From positions 1-48,222 of the forward strand of contig MCFE01000668.1 in assembly GCA_002104905.1 (NCBI GenBank): a DNA stretch of 48,222 bases, given 5' to 3'. Numbering within the stretch: position 1 is the first letter of the stretch; each line of letters begins with the position of its first letter. The DNA comes from Basidiobolus meristosporus CBS 931.73. Lineage: Eukaryota; Fungi; Basidiobolomycota. Position numbers and translations under genes: made by a program. The notes under the pieces are model-generated. The model saw only the letters and a program-made list of their open reading frames with translations. It was not told the DNA's origin and did no database searches. Positions 46,089 to 48,222 of this stretch are shown piece by piece.

Positions 46089-47734
46089 TTTTTCTTGATT
46101 TTTTCACCAGTTTCTCTCTCCACCATGGCTTTAAACTCCCTGAACTTAGACAGAGCTTCTTCCTTTCTCTCCATGAAGTAGACCCATGTGTATCTTGTAT
46201 AATCATCAATAAAAGTGAATAAATACTTCATCCCGCCTAAGGATAAATTTTGCATAGGTCCACACAGATCTGAGTGAATTAGATCTAATTTTTTCTTAGT
46301 TTTGATTAACCCAGAGCTCTTGAACGGTTGTCTGGCTTGTTTCCCATATATGCAGGCTTCACAGTGCTCCAAATTAGCTGGGGGATCAATTTTTACTCCA
46401 GAAATTAGCTGATCTTTGATCATTTTGCACAAATAAACAAAATTGATGTGCCCAAATCTCCTGTGCCAAAGCATTGGTGTTTCTTCATTTAAGTTACTTA
46501 TATTGGCTTCCAGATATGATGGAATATAAGTCAACTTGTATAGATTCTGATCTCTGATGCCCGAAGCAATATGAGCACCATTTTGATCAGTGATCCTGCA
46601 TCCAGAATTGTCAAAACTGAAACTGAGTCCTTCTGCTGTGGCCTTGCTTACAGAGAGTAGGTTCTTGGCTATTTCTGGTACATAGAGTACTTCTTTAAAG
46701 GTCAGTGTATGGCTTCCTTCACTGCTTCTAAGGTTTACTTGGATAGTTCCTTCTCCCACTGCATCAAGTGTTCTATCATCACCCATGAAAACCTTCTTAA
46801 TTGGAATTTCTTGATATTGGGTAAAAAGTTCTTTTTGGTGTGTAAAGTGTTGCAAAGCTCCAGAGTCAATATACCACGTCTGAGAATCCTTGTTTGTGGT
46901 CATATTTAGTGCAGATACAAATAGTCTATCTTCAGTTGTTGCAGCATTTCCATATTCAGGCTTTTTTTGCTGATAATCTCTCTTTCTGAAACACCGGTCT
47001 GATGTATGTCCTTTCCTTTTGCAGTAGTTGCAAAATAGGTTGCTGTTGCCTTTGTAGGGTCTTGGGTACCTCCTTTGTTGGTTATCATTGCTTATTAAAG
47101 CATTTTCTTCTTCCTTCTTATTAGCGCTTGATTTTCTTAATTCTTCATCCAGGAGCCTTCCATATACGTAATTTAAGGTCAAATCTTCAGTTCTGGACTC
47201 TAGGGCTGATACAAGGCCCTGAAACTCGTCTGTCAGGCTATTCAGGATGGTAACTATCACATCCTCATCAGTAGTTGGTACGCCCACAGATTCCATCTCA
47301 TCTACCAGCAGGGTAATTCTGTTAATTAGATTTTTCATTTCTTCTCCTGGCAGCATCTTTGTAGTAAAGAATTTTCTTCTCAGATACATTTTCTTGGCAG
47401 CTGAACATGACTGGTAGGTGTCTTCTAATGCCTTCCAGGCATTCTTTGCCGTTTTTGCTCTTGAGCATTGAATTAGCAATTTGTCCTTGACATTAAGGCA
47501 AATGCAGTTAAAGGCACTTTGTTCTTTCTTCTGGTACTTTAAGGTTTCCTCTCCCACGTTTTTAGGAGGGCATTCTTCTCCCATGACAACATCCCAAAGG
47601 CCTCTTTCTTGTAGCAGCATCTTCATCTTCACCTTCCACACTTGGTAGTTAGAGCCATCCAACTTTTCAGCAGAGGGAAAAATTCCAGTAATAGCAGTAG
47701 TAGACATTGCAGAGAGTGACAGCTTGGGGCTCAT
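46022..47734 (-). CDS. Copia gag-protease-integrase N-terminal part, ended by a frameshift
   Basis: KLDGSNY..W gag motif, CCHC knuckle CNYCKRKGHTSDRC, protease IDSGA, LWHRRFGH, CEAC, DLIHSDLCGP and FIDDYTRY. Confidence 0.92.
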   Translation of the reverse strand: MSPKLSLSAMSTTAITGIFPSAEKLDGSNYQVWKVKMKMLLQERGLWDVVMGEECPPKNVGEETLKYQKKEQSAFNCICLNVKDKLLIQCSRAKTAKNAWKALEDTYQSCSAAKKMYLRRKFFTTKMLPGEEMKNLINRITLLVDEMESVGVPTTDEDVIVTILNSLTDEFQGLVSALESRTEDLTLNYVYGRLLDEELRKSSANKKEEENALISNDNQQRRYPRPYKGNSNLFCNYCKRKGHTSDRCFRKRDYQQKKPEYGNAATTEDRLFVSALNMTTNKDSQTWYIDSGALQHFTHQKELFTQYQEIPIKKVFMGDDRTLDAVGEGTIQVNLRSSEGSHTLTFKEVLYVPEIAKNLLSVSKATAEGLSFSFDNSGCRITDQNGAHIASGIRDQNLYKLTYIPSYLEANISNLNEETPMLWHRRFGHINFVYLCKMIKDQLISGVKIDPPANLEHCEACIYGKQARQPFKSSGLIKTKKKLDLIHSDLCGPMQNLSLGGMKYLFTFIDDYTRYTWVYFMERKEEALSKFREFKAMVERETGEKIKKNALKMVENIPPNSSSTSAKFMG

Positions 47735-47738
47735 AACC
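47727..47738 (-). other. Copia primer-binding site of the half-tRNA(iMet) type
   Basis: GGTTATGAGCCC directly after the LTR end CAACA; compare Drosophila copia GGTTATGGGCCC. Confidence 0.8.
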
Positions 47739-48087
47739 TGTTGTAAGAGTCTTGGAGATATTGGAAGTGATTAGGAGAACAAGTAGATTATGTGGTTTTC
47801 ACTTAATGATTTATTGAATGTAAAAGTGGTATTTATACTTTTACCTGGTCTTGGCATTACAAACACGTAGAATAGGTTAAGGAAGGTCCCAAGAACATGT
47901 GTGCAAAGTTTGGGGCTGTTTGGACAACTTTGAGAATTTTCATGTTCTGGGTACCTGGTATTTTGGTGAAAATATTTTAAGTAAATCCCGACAAGGAATT
48001 TGGTCAGTATTTTCTAGGATTTGAAGGTAATGATCTAAGTGACTAAGTTAGGTGAATATTTAGGTGGAAATACAAATTTTTACAACA
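47739..48087 (-). repeat. Copia 5' LTR
   Basis: TG...CA, 349 bp, followed by the TSD AATAT. Confidence 0.97.
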
Positions 48088-48222
48088 AATATGACTTGGG
48101 TGGAAAAAACTAGCCATGATCCTTGTAATATTTCCTATGCTGTCTGCATACTTCAGGGCTGAGAGGGCTTGCTACAATAGCTACATGGTCTTTTTTCTTT
48201 TCTCTTACGGTGCTGAGTCAAA

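Larger units (their letters stand above)
43404..48087 (-). mobile_element. Full-length Ty1/copia LTR retrotransposon (4684 bp)
   Basis: 349-bp LTRs TG..CA at 43404-43752 and 47739-48087; TSD AATAT (43399-43403 and 48088-48092); PBS, PPT; gag-PR-IN-RT-RH order. Confidence 0.98.
39896..48222 (-). mobile_element. Degenerate CACTA/EnSpm (CMC) transposon, copy 2 (inverted, runs off the window), interrupted by a foldback (40641-41373) and a copia (43404-48087)
   Basis: Reverse-complement homology to copy 1 over 39896-43403, resuming without loss at 48088-48222 (matches ~35860-35985). Intact terminus CCCTATGAA at 39896. Confidence 0.85.

Noticed and set aside
46089-46093. Programmed ribosomal frameshift in the copia
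   Set aside because: It lies inside the integrase core rather than at the gag/pol junction, so mutation or assembly error is more likely.
1-48222. CRISPR arrays, rRNA genes and prokaryotic operon features
   Set aside because: No repeat-spacer arrays or rRNA-like sequence seen; spliceosomal introns show the DNA is eukaryotic.

Overview
Eukaryotic genomic DNA, most likely from an early-diverging fungus. This is inferred from short GT..CTAAC..YAG introns and a compact white collar-1 gene; the taxon cannot be fixed from this window. The first ~31.6 kb is gene-rich and CpG-rich. It holds an intronless self-sufficient P450-reductase fusion with an extra N-terminal domain, a Cla4/PAK-like PH-CRIB protein with no kinase domain, a diverged RhoGAP-like gene, a 10-exon white collar-1 (LOV-PAS-PAS-GATA) photoreceptor, and five paralogous four-finger C2H2 transcription factors. 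Four of those five sit in a ~6.1 kb palindrome with patchy arm identity. An F-box/LRR-like gene, a small secreted precursor whose mature part fits the arthropod pacifastin protease-inhibitor consensus, and a tRNA-like element follow. The last ~16.6 kb is a CpG-depleted nest of transposons: an old copia relic carrying an inverted solo LTR, a Ty3/Gypsy relic split by a CACTA/CMC element, and a second inverted CACTA/CMC copy. That second copy is interrupted by a 733-bp foldback and by a young copia with apparently identical 349-bp LTRs and a 5-bp TSD. Best leads: (1) the fungal pacifastin-like peptide with P1 Arg; (2) a possible light-responsive cassette, with GATCGAT motifs upstream of wc-1 and of the zinc-finger genes; (3) the zinc-finger palindrome with signs of gene conversion; (4) the extra domain on the P450; (5) the kinase-less PAK regulator. 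All alignments and splice models were made by eye and need computational confirmation.
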